A stretch of DNA of 64,000 nt from a virus (Duplodnaviria; Caudoviricetes). Where the stretch lies: positions 20,620 through 84,619 of IMG/VR virus record IMGVR_UViG_2883068021_000001; one strand, written 5' to 3'. The first letter of the stretch is position 1, and each line of letters begins with the position of its first letter. Of this stretch, positions 47,844 through 58,648 are shown in pieces. Made by a program: the position numbers and the translations under genes. The notes beneath the pieces are model-generated. The model had not been told where the DNA came from. It saw only the letters and a list, made by a program, of their open reading frames with translations, and made no database searches.

Positions 47844-48367
47844 AATGCGGTTAGGGTATTAATTTTGAACAGGATTACAGTCAGCAGGAAAGGGGGCAAA
47901 ACTTGAGGCGGTTCACTGCAAACGGGGTAATCGATTAAACTGCGATTCTAATTTCCATATTAAAATAAGTAATTTCTTAACACTGGCAAACAACCATTTG
48001 CGTTACTTTGAAATTAACATGAATTTAACAAAATAGGGGTTTAGAACTTACACCCATATCGTTACTTTCACGTAAACCCCTACCTTATGAATAGAAGGAA
48101 TTTTCTTCATATGTTGTTGCCCACTCCTGTTTGTAACCAGTGCTACTGCTGCATTTTCGCGAGATTTGGCTCCAATTATTCAAGAGTTGTAATTAATGAA
48201 ATCACCCTCTCCAACAGGAATGAACTTCATATAGCTGTCACTACTACTGAACTTTCCTCAGGGGCTTAGAATGTAATATTTACGCTACTTCCTCAATGAG
48301 TTGACTGAAATTTCCCAAAAAGAAACTTACCTCGTCACGTTCGTAGCACCAGCCCTAAAAATGAACA

Positions 48368-51300
48368 ATGATAATAGTTAACGCCATGTTTAGAAAAGTA
48401 CTTACTTGTTTGGCAATCATTTGGGCGAATCTTTCGTTAGCCCAGGAAAAGACAATTATTCCTCCAGCGCCCAATGCTGCTAACCTGGTATTTAATACCG
48501 AAACGCAGATGGGTTTGTATACAGGTACGCCACAAATTTCTGTTCCTATTTGGACAGTGAATGCTGGTGTAATGCAAGTTCCCATTACACTTAGTTATAC
48601 CTCCGGTGGGGTCAAGGTAGCCGATATGGCATCGTGGTGTGGGTTGGGATGGAATCTCAATGCCGGCGGCGTTATAACGCGGTCGGTAGTGGGGATGCCG
48701 GATGAAACACCGACATTTGGTTATATAGATTACACCATACCTCCGTCAACGCCCTATAATCCAGACTTTATTAGCATGGCGGAAGGAACAATTGATTCTC
48801 AGCAAGATTTATTTTTCTATAGCCTTCCCGGTGGCTCAGGCAGATTTGTGTTTGACGCAGCCGGAACTCCCAAGTCAATTCCGAAAAGCAATTATAAGAT
48901 TACGAAGGGGAATATTGCCATTTTTCAGTTTTCAGACGGCAACGCTTCTTGCATTTCGGATTGGCAGATCATTGATGATAAAGGCATCATCTACCGCTTT
49001 AAGGACTATGAAAAAACGTTATCAGCTTCCAGGAATAACGAGCTGACCGGAAGCGGGTTTACTACTAACGGACGAAGCATCAATAGTTGGTACTTGACAG
49101 AAATGGAATCCCCCACCGGAGAAAGGATTGTGTTTAACTATACATCTGTTGATCTGGCTTATGATCTTGCACCAACAAAGACTAGTATTTTACAGCTAGA
49201 GGGCCAAGATGACAATTATCCATCTTCTACATCCGTACCAAGACAATATGTTAATACAAAAAGACTGTCATCCATTGACTTTCCGGAAGGGAAGATCAGG
49301 TTCATCCCAACAACACTGGGACGTGCGGATCTTGTGGGTGATAATGCGCTCGATAAAATTATTGTCGAAGACAAACAGGGCAATATTAAAAGACAATTTA
49401 AACTGGATTATAAGTATTTAGTTGGGAACAGTCTAGTAGATTACACAAGCATCAACCCTGCTGGTACCAATAATTTTTTCGTTTCTTCAACTATTACTCC
49501 TAACGTATCATTTAGCCGGCGGTTAATGTTAATGAAATCGACAGAACAAGACGCAAACGGGGTTGCGTTAAACAATGGCCAGCGTTTTGATTATCATACA
49601 GAGTATGGGTTACCGCACAGGGCTTCTCCATTAGTAGATCATTGGGGATATTCGAATAAAGCGGATAACCCCTCGGCAGAGCTTCCTTTTGTATTGATAG
49701 AGCCCTCTCAAACCGGTAGCCCTAACCCTGTGGTATACGTGGGAGGTAAGAGCCCTGATTTCCTGTATGCCAAACAAGGAAGCTTGTACAAAGTAAACCA
49801 TGCTTCAGGAGGTTTTACGGAGTACGAATTTGAATCAAATGATGCAGCTCCAAGTCCTAACATTCCTCCAAAAGTTACCAAAACCAACGAAATCTATTCC
49901 ATCTCCCTTAGCCACTATAAGTACAATGTAGATGGATGGTATGAGGGCTTGAATTACGAAATACGGCCGGACGGAAATGGCAATATGGTTAGGAACTACT
50001 ATATTGAGTTTGCTGTGTACCATGGAAGTACGGGAACGGCACAGGTACTGCTAACAGATATTCCTTACTACCCAGCAAGCGGTTTGAATTTCTACATAAT
50101 GAATGTTTCTACCGGCAGCGTTATTTGGAGAGGATATAACGACGGAACTTATAATGTCACCCTTCAGCCTGGGGCTTATCGCCTTTACCATTGTCCTTCC
50201 TATGCTTTATTAAACAGTCCGCAGAATCCCGATCATCAAAAATTACATAGTGCCACATTATCTGGCTTCTATACTATAACGAGCGAACAGGGTTCACAAG
50301 GGCAACCTCCAAAAGTAGGGGGTATAAGGGTAAGGAAAAGTAAACAGTATGATTCGGTTTCCCAAAAAACATTATACAAAGAATATAAGTATGAACAGGA
50401 TGGGAGTTCTGGGCAATTGCTGGCTGCACCAATATATCAGTTTGAGTTTACTGTCGAAGCAAGAACAGGGTCGCTTGATAGACATTTAGGCATTTCATAC
50501 AACTCTGTTAATCCATTAAGTACTACTCACAACTCATTTGTAGGATACCGGTATGTTGAAGAAAAGGCTGTGTCTGAAGCCGGGGTTCCTTTAGGAAAAA
50601 CATCATACTCGTATTTGGGACCTTTGGAATCGCCGGACGTGCTTTACAAAGGTAATGCTAGCGCAGATGGATTTACTTTCTATGAAGCCCCGAATCCTCC
50701 GGCCGATCGCAGAGACTGGTTGCGCGGCTTTTTAACGCAGCAAATGGATTACAAGTATGATAATGTAACGCAGATATATACCCAGGTTCGTAAAGTTGAA
50801 AATACTTACAAAAAGACCCTCGAACCAGTCAGCAATGGCTTGCAAGTGAATATAACCAACCGGAATCTCGTGAATGGCCAGCATTTGGTTTCGTTTACAT
50901 ATTATAGCCATCATTCAGGTACTATTTTCCTTGAGAAAACTGAAGAGACGCTTTATCAAGGAAATGGAGAGCAAAAAACTACCACTACGATAGAAAATAG
51001 CGGCAAGAGTTATTTACCGGTCAGTAAATCTATTGCTCAAAGCGATGGCTCCGTATCAAAGGAATATTACACATATCCCAAGGAATATCTGACTGGAAAT
51101 GCCGCTATCGACAATCTGATAAGCAAGAATATCGTATCGGTGCCTTTAGAAACGGTGAAATTGAAGGAATACCCAACAGGGACCTTTTCAATTACCGAAG
51201 GTAGTCTTACGAACTATTATCCTGCCGGATGGGGGAATATTCAATCCGTTAGTGTATTGGAAACTAACATACCTATTCCGGTTTCAGCATTCAAGTTTTC

Positions 51301-51793
51301 TAACGCGCCCGCTGGACAATTACCTACAGCCCTGAATGCTGCCGTATTTGCCGCAGATACCCGTTACAAAACCCGCATATTATTTAATAGCTACGACCCA
51401 GATGGGAATCCAACAGAAAAACAAAAGGTGAACGATGTTAAGGAAGTATACTTATGGGGGTACAACGGCGTTTACCCGGTTGCCAAAGTAGTAGGAAGCG
51501 ATGTTGCTACAGTGTCCGCCCTGATCAATCAAACCATGCTGGATAATGCACATACCTATTCGGATGCGCAGATCCGGACCGAGTTAAATAAGATTCGTAC
51601 CGGGCTCGCCAGTAACAGCCAAGTAAGCGTGTCGACCTATACTTATGCGCCATTAATAGGGATGACGAGCCAGACAGACGCCAACAATGTTACCACTTAC
51701 TACGAATATGATACCTTTGGAAGATTGATTTTGGTGCGTGATCAAAACAGTAAGATCCTTAAGAAGTTTGAATATCGTTATGCCGGACAGTGA
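48368..51793 (+). CDS. YD/RHS-repeat secreted protein (partner of DUF6443 RHS proteins)
   Basis: Signal peptide; PPAPNAA, GLYTGTPQISVP, GLGWNLNAGG, C-terminal YTYAPLIGMTSQTD...YEYDTFGRL. Confidence 0.88.
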   Translation: MIIVNAMFRKVLTCLAIIWANLSLAQEKTIIPPAPNAANLVFNTETQMGLYTGTPQISVPIWTVNAGVMQVPITLSYTSGGVKVADMASWCGLGWNLNAGGVITRSVVGMPDETPTFGYIDYTIPPSTPYNPDFISMAEGTIDSQQDLFFYSLPGGSGRFVFDAAGTPKSIPKSNYKITKGNIAIFQFSDGNASCISDWQIIDDKGIIYRFKDYEKTLSASRNNELTGSGFTTNGRSINSWYLTEMESPTGERIVFNYTSVDLAYDLAPTKTSILQLEGQDDNYPSSTSVPRQYVNTKRLSSIDFPEGKIRFIPTTLGRADLVGDNALDKIIVEDKQGNIKRQFKLDYKYLVGNSLVDYTSINPAGTNNFFVSSTITPNVSFSRRLMLMKSTEQDANGVALNNGQRFDYHTEYGLPHRASPLVDHWGYSNKADNPSAELPFVLIEPSQTGSPNPVVYVGGKSPDFLYAKQGSLYKVNHASGGFTEYEFESNDAAPSPNIPPKVTKTNEIYSISLSHYKYNVDGWYEGLNYEIRPDGNGNMVRNYYIEFAVYHGSTGTAQVLLTDIPYYPASGLNFYIMNVSTGSVIWRGYNDGTYNVTLQPGAYRLYHCPSYALLNSPQNPDHQKLHSATLSGFYTITSEQGSQGQPPKVGGIRVRKSKQYDSVSQKTLYKEYKYEQDGSSGQLLAAPIYQFEFTVEARTGSLDRHLGISYNSVNPLSTTHNSFVGYRYVEEKAVSEAGVPLGKTSYSYLGPLESPDVLYKGNASADGFTFYEAPNPPADRRDWLRGFLTQQMDYKYDNVTQIYTQVRKVENTYKKTLEPVSNGLQVNITNRNLVNGQHLVSFTYYSHHSGTIFLEKTEETLYQGNGEQKTTTTIENSGKSYLPVSKSIAQSDGSVSKEYYTYPKEYLTGNAAIDNLISKNIVSVPLETVKLKEYPTGTFSITEGSLTNYYPAGWGNIQSVSVLETNIPIPVSAFKFSNAPAGQLPTALNAAVFAADTRYKTRILFNSYDPDGNPTEKQKVNDVKEVYLWGYNGVYPVAKVVGSDVATVSALINQTMLDNAHTYSDAQIRTELNKIRTGLASNSQVSVSTYTYAPLIGMTSQTDANNVTTYYEYDTFGRLILVRDQNSKILKKFEYRYAGQ

Positions 51794-51823
51794 GGAATAT
51801 TGCTCTTTTGTTGCCAGCTAAAG

Positions 51824-51946
51824 GTTCGATAATTGTCCCTCCCAGCCCGCACGATTTAGAAGAGACCCGCGCTTGGCGCGGGTTTTCTGTTTTTAGTCGA
51901 GTATTAAGTCGAGTTCTCTTTTTTCAATGAACTTTATGGAGGTTAA
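51824..51946 (+). repeat. att-like repeat copy 3
   Basis: gttcgataattgtccctcccagcccgcacgatttagaagagacccgcgcttggcgcgggttttctgtttttagtcgagtattaagtcgag...ggaggttaa. Confidence 0.92.
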
Positions 51947-52036
51947 TGTTCTATAATTGGGGGGTACTCGAATATCCTGCATTATTAAAGAATCCGAATG
52001 TACAGGCATAATTTTCACTTTTAAAATCCAGTACAA

Positions 52037-52315
52037 ATGTTAACGCCGGAGAAAATAGAAATATTTAAAAAATACAAAGGCTATTATGATGGCTACTACA
52101 TACAGAATAAGGGAAAAGAAGAAGTAATTTCTAGTGATGACTGGTTCTTGCTTAGTAACCTAATGCAAGATATTTGCTTGATTCGAAAGGGTTTAGCTTC
52201 AAAATCTTTTGAAAAGAAAGTAATGGATGAACTGATTAAATATTGTATTAATAAAACCACGTATGATTTGGTTTTTCAATTAGAAAGATATATAAATGAT
52301 CAAGGCTCCGAATAA
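52037..52315 (+). CDS. 92-aa hypothetical protein, sole gene of a 615-bp unit (possible orphan immunity protein)
   Basis: Only credible ORF between repeat copies 3 and 4. Confidence 0.6.
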   Translation: MLTPEKIEIFKKYKGYYDGYYIQNKGKEEVISSDDWFLLSNLMQDICLIRKGLASKSFEKKVMDELIKYCINKTTYDLVFQLERYINDQGSE

Positions 52316-52438
52316 AGTGTCACCAAAAGTTAGATGAGTTATGATTAAGATAACTACGTTTGGTCCGCAGAAGGGATCGGAAAAGGTGGTGTACCTATAC
52401 AGGACTTGCGCATTTTAGCTTTAGTCAATCTGGCCTGC

Positions 52439-52570
52439 AAAGTTCGATAATCGTCCCTCCCAGCCCGCACAATTTAGAAGAGACCCGCGCTAGGCACGGG
52501 TTTTCTGTTTTTAGTCGAGTATTTAGTCGAGTTCCCTTTTGTTTTCAATGATCTTTACGGAGGTTAACAT
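52439..52570 (+). repeat. att-like repeat copy 4
   Basis: Nearly identical to copy 1 over 32102-32207, plus upstream aagttcgataatcgtccctcccagc. Confidence 0.95.
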
Positions 52571-52752
52571 CTTTAATTTACACAAATGATATCTCTATTC
52601 CTTCGATGACGAAAATAAAAACACATTGCAAAGTCATCCTCACTTTTAGCGTTGTTGATATTTAATAAAATTAACCTATATTGTGACGCATAAAGTTTTG
52701 ACCACGTATTGAAATTCCATCCCATCAACCCCTAAATTAAATACTACCCTCG

Positions 52753-53786
52753 ATGGATGAATTAGTCAAAGAAATTGACAGTTGGATCGATCAAATTCCA
52801 AGTGTTGCATCTGATGTTGAGTACTGGCTTATTAGAACACAATCAGGCAAGTATTACGATTCTTTTAAAGAGCATAATTTCATAGCGATAGAACACGAGG
52901 AAATTTCACTCGGGTTACTTCATACGTTGAAAACAATCCACGGTGAAGATACTACTTCGTTTTTTGAAGCCCTAAAAGCAAAGGTAATTGAGTTATATCC
53001 AGATGATAGGTCTCCCGGACTAACTACTAACCAAATAATTAGGTTCGTTTACAAATTGAAAACAAATGATGTAATTATCATTCCGTCGGAAAATTCGAAG
53101 TACCTCACATTTGGAGTGGTGACATCAAATACAATTCCGGAGTTGTCTGAACACCAACTTAATATTACGGGATGCCCGTATAGAAAGAGAAAAAAAGTAA
53201 AGTGGAATAAAACTATCAAACGAAGTGATTTAGATCCTTATCTCTTTAAGATGCTACAGTCTCATCAGGCAATTAGCAACATTAATAACTACGCGGAATT
53301 AATACAACGAAACCTCAGGGACTTTTATCTATTAAATGATGAGATAAATCTGGTGTTGGATGTAAATCCAATGATGAAATCCAAGCAACAGATTTATTTG
53401 GATTTGGTCATAGTCTTTTAACTCTAGTTGATAAATACGCAAAGGCAAATGACATTCTTGTTGATTTATCGTCCGTCCAGGTTAAAACATACTTAAATTC
53501 GCCGGGGAAAGTTAACTTAAAGTCTTATTGTAAACGAACACTGACTATCTCTGCAGTACTTCTTTTTTTGTGTGGGGGCGGTTATGAGAATGGGACGGTT
53601 AAGCTTAAAACTGATGGACTTCCGGGCCTAATAAAGAGCATTTCCGATTTTTTGAACGAGCAGCATGATCGGGAAAAGCAAGACTTAGTTTTGAAGAAAA
53701 CAATGGATTCACTAGAGATTTCAGATTCAAAGGATTTTATTAATGTTATGAAACAAGTTTCTACGAATAAAGATTTGCCTAAGTGA
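52753..53786 (+). pseudogene. EVE/PUA-like N-terminal domain plus membrane-associated C-terminus, split by a 1-nt frameshift
   Basis: YWLIRTQSGKYY...DVIIIPS...RKKVKW; after ~53370 the other frame is open (NDEIQATDLFGFG...LNSPG...GGGYENG...GLIKSI) to the stop at 53786; total 1034 nt = 3n-1. Confidence 0.75.
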
Positions 53787-53809
53787 TATTTTTTTAGTAA
53801 ATTTTATTT

Positions 53810-54034
53810 ATGAAAGATTTGCTCAATTCCATATCGGTATTAGCAACCTTCGTAACCACTACTATGGTATGCTATTATTTGTTCTTGCTTACGGCTGGAC
53901 AAATCAAATCAATACCGAAATCATTTAAACTTTATAAAACGATAGAAACCAAATATCTGTTTTTAGCCATTTCATTTATTATAGTTTTCTTTTTAGTATA
54001 CTTAAGGTTTTTGAATTTTTATAAACCGTGGTAA
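53810..54034 (+). CDS. 74-aa two-TM protein
   Basis: Two hydrophobic helices; 23 bp after the previous gene. Confidence 0.6.
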   Translation: MKDLLNSISVLATFVTTTMVCYYLFLLTAGQIKSIPKSFKLYKTIETKYLFLAISFIIVFFLVYLRFLNFYKPW

Positions 54035-54060
54035 TAAAATAATATCATTATTTTATTCGG

Positions 54061-54790
54061 CTAGTATTGTACCGGCCCAAAACTGATACCGTAAAAGACG
54101 CGATTCAATACAGCTCGGTTTATACAACGTACATGGAGCTTGCCATCTTTAATAGGTCTTCCAAATATTGCCATATTTTGAATTATGTGGCCTTGAGCTC
54201 TATCTTTAAATTCACCGAGCTTTCTTGTTGAAATTCCCAAAACAGTTTCAAAGGGCATTGCTCCCGTCCTTACTAAACTGAAATAAGAGGGGTAAATAAT
54301 TCCGTCATAGCCTGCAGATTTTGCAACTTTGGCAATATCTCTTGATATTTTATAGGAATGTTTGGCTGCTAAAAACAGAAAATGAATAGCTAAATCTAGG
54401 CTTTCAAATTCTGTTCCATCTTCGGATAGTATTTCGGTCAGATCAAGAAAACATAAGTCCTTAGAGGCCTCAATTGTAGCCATGTATATTTCAACTTCTA
54501 CTGAAACTCTACATTCATGAATACATACCTCGGCATCTTGAGAGCCGTACAAAACGGGAAAGTTAGCAGAATCTAATCGACCATGGCCCAAGAATCTATC
54601 TGGTGGAGAATCATACTGTTCTGGTTGATGAGGGTCTTGAGGATTCACTCGGATTCTATAAAATGATTCGCCGCATGTAAACTTCCTGGAAGGATAGCTA
54701 GATATTATTTTATCAATTGATGACTTCCTTTTTGTAGGTTTTATTAATTCTTTAAGAGTGTCTTTAAAAAGTTCAAGTTTAATCTTTATC
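54061..54790 (-). pseudogene. RES-domain protein, 5'-truncated
   Basis: FYRIRVNP...GRLDSANFPVLYGS...CIHECR...YDGIIYPS; frame open to ~54790, then TAG with no ATG. Confidence 0.65.
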
Positions 54791-55690
54791 TTTTTTTCCT
54801 TTAACTATTTTCCAAATAGTTGTCGAAACTTTAGGCTTTTCAACCTCATCAAATTCAATTTTTCTTTCCATTACATTATTGGGTTTGGTGGTAGGGCTAA
54901 TAAGCATACTTTCAACCTCATTCATTCTTACCCACTTCCTGAATTTTCGCTGTAATTCTAGGATTTCAGCTAACTCATAGTCAGAAGTCTCGACATCAAA
55001 GAGATTTACATAGACTGTCTCGTCACATAGCAAATCAATATGTATAGCATCCGGAAAACTCAGCAGCAACTTTCTATCAAAGTAAGGTTGACTTAACGGC
55101 CCAAACCACATCTCCGGCGCTGCCATAAGATCCATTGATAATACAATTGCTTCGTGACCAGGGTTTTCTGTTATATCAATCATGGGTCCATATACCTGAG
55201 CCAATTGGGAAGTTTGTTCTAACTTAAGATGCTGGTAAGGTCTGCCATGGGCAATGTAGTTCTTAATGAATTTCTCATTCTGCCATTTAATTTTAGAACT
55301 GTCAGTTACAAATGCAAAGGTAAATGGCACTTGGAAGACATCTAGTAATGATTGAGCGTTAGGTTTTACATCCTCAGGATATCGGAATGTAAGAATCTTC
55401 ACTTTATTACTTTTATCCCAATTAAATGAAAAAGAATGTGTGGTTGATACTTCTTCAAACGGATCAATTCCCTCTCCTTCTTCCAACCAAAACTTATTTT
55501 CATCGACACTATTCATTGTTTCTATATATTCGTCGATTTTTTTCTTGTTAAATCGTGTATATGAAGGAGCGAATAAAGGACTGAGCATTCTAACTGGTTG
55601 AAATGGCAGGTGCTTAAGCACCAACTTAAGCACTTCACCACTTTGCGGCAGTTGCTCTTCTGGAAATGATATCGTAAAGCGTAAACTCAT
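54779..55690 (-). CDS. Putative immunity protein (intact) for the dead RHS toxin
   Basis: 303-aa open ORF starting 10 bp after the toxin-tip stop. Confidence 0.65.
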   Translation of the reverse strand: MSLRFTISFPEEQLPQSGEVLKLVLKHLPFQPVRMLSPLFAPSYTRFNKKKIDEYIETMNSVDENKFWLEEGEGIDPFEEVSTTHSFSFNWDKSNKVKILTFRYPEDVKPNAQSLLDVFQVPFTFAFVTDSSKIKWQNEKFIKNYIAHGRPYQHLKLEQTSQLAQVYGPMIDITENPGHEAIVLSMDLMAAPEMWFGPLSQPYFDRKLLLSFPDAIHIDLLCDETVYVNLFDVETSDYELAEILELQRKFRKWVRMNEVESMLISPTTKPNNVMERKIEFDEVEKPKVSTTIWKIVKGKKDKD

Positions 55691-55700
55691 AGTTTAAAAA

Positions 55701-57443
55701 CTATAGATGGTCAATTATTACATGTATTCCTAACTTTTCAGCCAGACTTTCAACCTGTTTGACGTTAATTGGTAAGTGTCCTGGCGGGAACACCAAATGT
55801 AGCACTTTCGTTTCATAAGGTAAAGCTGCCATTTCCTGAATGTTTTTCGCAATGCTCAACTTTGCTGCTGCCGAAGTTTTCATGCTAACAACCATGTTTA
55901 TTTCAGGACTTAAAAAGTCAAAAGTCTTGTTGTTTTTTGGGAGTGGAATGTAACCCTTTGAAGGCAGATAAACAGTGCGGGTATACAGATTTTCTATCTC
56001 TAAACCTGATTGCTTGCTTAGGGCCTAATGGCCAGTAAGGATGGTTTTGCAAACGAGCCATGTTTTCGTTGTAAGTGAATGACTTATAAATGCTTGGGAT
56101 GGGCTGTTATTCTTCCATTATAAGGCTTCCATCAAGAAAACTTCGACCCGCCCCCATAGCAATAAAACCGTTGGCTGTACCTTGTATCAAGCCTCCAGTC
56201 AATAACGACATACTTGCTGATTGACCGCCCTGCATTAATGCATCACCAAAATCCATATCATGGAAAGCTATTGCATTACCGGTAGTTTCGATTAAAGATC
56301 CCATTCCAGATCCAATCCCTCCGGCAACGAATCCCTGTGTAAATCCACCTGCGCCAGATATTGCAGATGAAGCCGCCGTTGAACTTACTGCGCCGCTCCA
56401 AAAACCAGTACCCATCATTGCTCCAGACACCGCCCCTGCAGTCATAGTTGTTACCGCGCCGGCAGCAAACCCAATCCCAAAAGCAACAGCAAAATCACCC
56501 GGCCCCTTAATGTTGCCGTTGATGGCTTGCATTACTACGTTAATGCCACCGCCAATAAGTCCGCCAATTATTATATGCCAAACTTTACCGTCAGGATCCC
56601 GTCCAACAATCCAATGGTTGCCCATTCTGGTATAACCACTAAAGAACTGCCATGCTGGATCTACGCTTATGAATCGGCCTGTTTGCGGATCATAAAATCT
56701 TGCTTCAAAGTTATACAACGTAACATCAAGTTCCTCATCCAGCTCCTTTCCTTGATAGAGTTTTTCATTTGGCGCTCGCAGCATCTGCCTGCTACTCAGC
56801 GAGGCAATTTCTAATCCCGTAGGGTAAAGGGTGCTTTCTTGAAGTAACGGCCCCGCTTGGAGCACTACTGCACGTCATCGAACCATACATCTGTTTGCGT
56901 TTCGTTACTTGTATAAACATATAGATAGCCACTTTTTTCGATGTCCATATGCCCGATATATTCCGATAGTTGATCAGCGGGACCATTTATGCGCTTAACT
57001 GCTCCATTAACAAAATTCAAATTTTCATCAAAAAGTACATAGTTTAAATATGCTTTGGGCGCAGCGGACGCTGTATTGTTGTTATTCTGATTATCTGAAA
57101 TGAATTTAGATAAATCAGTGGCGTTAAGGATAGTATTATTGTTTGTAATTAGATTCCCCTTACCAATGTTGATAATATTTGTACTTCCTCCTAAATATGC
57201 ATAAAGGAGACTGTTCAGAATTTCCTGAACCGGAGCCTGCCCTTGAGGCATAGGACCCGCCTTGTAGTAAGCTTTAGTTTTCAGATCGACGACGTCCCCT
57301 GCCATAACTTTTAAAACCAGCGACGCCCCAATCTTTTTATTTGGATCACTGGCATTTAATTTTGACCAGAATTTGTTTGTAGTTGAGTTATACCAAGGAA
57401 GATTGGTCGGAACCACCTCTTTGGTAGATTCAATAGTACCGGC
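55701..57443 (-). pseudogene. RHS toxin 3' fragment with nuclease-like tip, multiply inactivated
   Basis: RHS core (YNFEARFYDPQTGRF...DPDG); 1-nt frameshift at ~56867, in-frame TAA at 56107-09, TTGC duplication at 56010-17; 5' part absent. Confidence 0.8.
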
Positions 57444-58648
57444 TCACCGGCGTGCAGCGCTATCTCGAAAACCTGGTGGAGAATTTCCCCGGCACGAAAG
57501 ACAAACATATTTGCATCATTAATTTTGACGCACCGGGATATGCGGAGGTGACGGTCCGCCAGCACCAGCGCATCACCTATTATTTCATCCCGGAGCAGCG
57601 GGCGGCGAAATACAGCGATGCCTACTGGCGAATGCTGGCGCCAGTTTGCCGGGAAATCTTACTGCAGCTGGGGCCGACGATGCTGCATATCAACCATTAC
57701 GCGTTCCTGGAGTTCGGTCTGCAACTGAAAAAGGCGATGGGTTGCAAGGTGCTGTATACGTACCATTTCTTCAACTGGTTTGGCTATTTTCGGGGGAATT
57801 ACGCACTTTTTCAGGCGTTGCAGGCGCGGAAGTATTCCAGAGAGGAACTGTCTGCTATGGAAATCTTCAAAAAATGCGGGGCGCTTTATCGGGAGCTGGA
57901 CGGCCTCATTTCGATCTGCAACCACGGCCGGCAAGACCTCGCGCATACATACGGTGTTGATGGTCGGCAGATCCGGACCATTTACAACGGGCTCAGGTTC
58001 GATCCCGGGCCGGCAAGACACAACCGGAAAAAGCTGTTCCGGCAAAAACTGGGATTGCCACCGGGCGACCGTATCGTATTATATTCAGGAAGGATCAATG
58101 AAGACAAGGGGATTATGCACCTGATCGACGCTATACGGACCGCCTACCAGCAAATGGGTAACGTGCGGCTGGTAGTGGCCGGTTTCGACAGGCTGGGCAT
58201 ATTGGACAGTTACCTTTCCGAGCCGTGGATGACCTATATCGGCGAACAGAAGAAACCTGGCCTGTTCGATTGGTACCAGGCGGCCGATGTGGGCGTTATC
58301 CCGTCTTTGTACGACCAGTGCAATTTCGTGGCGATAGAAATGATGATGTACCGGTTGCCGATCGTGGCTTCCGGCATCCCCGGGCTTCGGGAGGCGTTTC
58401 ACAATAAGAGGACGGGTCTGCTCGTTAATATAGACTTTCATGAAAACAATTACGAACTCGACCCATCGAAACTGGCGGCTGCCATCATCCGTCTGCTTAC
58501 CGACCCGAAGCTCGCCGGCAGGATGGCACGTAACGCCTACCGGGAATACAGAAAGCGATTTACCGGAAAGCGGATGGCAGCGGAAACCCTTCGACTGTAC
58601 GATCAATTAATGTCAAAACCCGGTACATGCGTTTTACCCTCCTCATAG
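57437..58648 (+). CDS. GT4 glycosyltransferase (TIGR04157-like), probably N-terminally clipped
   Basis: LTGVQRY directly after an in-frame TAG (57434-36); YSGRINEDKG, PSLYDQCNFVAIE; GC-rich. Confidence 0.75.
   Translation, partial: YRLTGVQRYLENLVENFPGTKDKHICIINFDAPGYAEVTVRQHQRITYYFIPEQRAAKYSDAYWRMLAPVCREILLQLGPTMLHINHYAFLEFGLQLKKAMGCKVLYTYHFFNWFGYFRGNYALFQALQARKYSREELSAMEIFKKCGALYRELDGLISICNHGRQDLAHTYGVDGRQIRTIYNGLRFDPGPARHNRKKLFRQKLGLPPGDRIVLYSGRINEDKGIMHLIDAIRTAYQQMGNVRLVVAGFDRLGILDSYLSEPWMTYIGEQKKPGLFDWYQAADVGVIPSLYDQCNFVAIEMMMYRLPIVASGIPGLREAFHNKRTGLLVNIDFHENNYELDPSKLAAAIIRLLTDPKLAGRMARNAYREYRKRFTGKRMAAETLRLYDQLMSKPGTCVLPSS

Noticed and set aside
48087-48269. 60-aa ORF starting MNRRNFL (Tat-like)
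   Set aside because: No hydrophobic core or recognisable domain follows; at best a degraded remnant.
43539-57443. Diversity-generating retroelement acting on the RHS genes
   Set aside because: I saw no near-identical TR/VR pair with adenine-specific differences, and the RT is not DGR-like.
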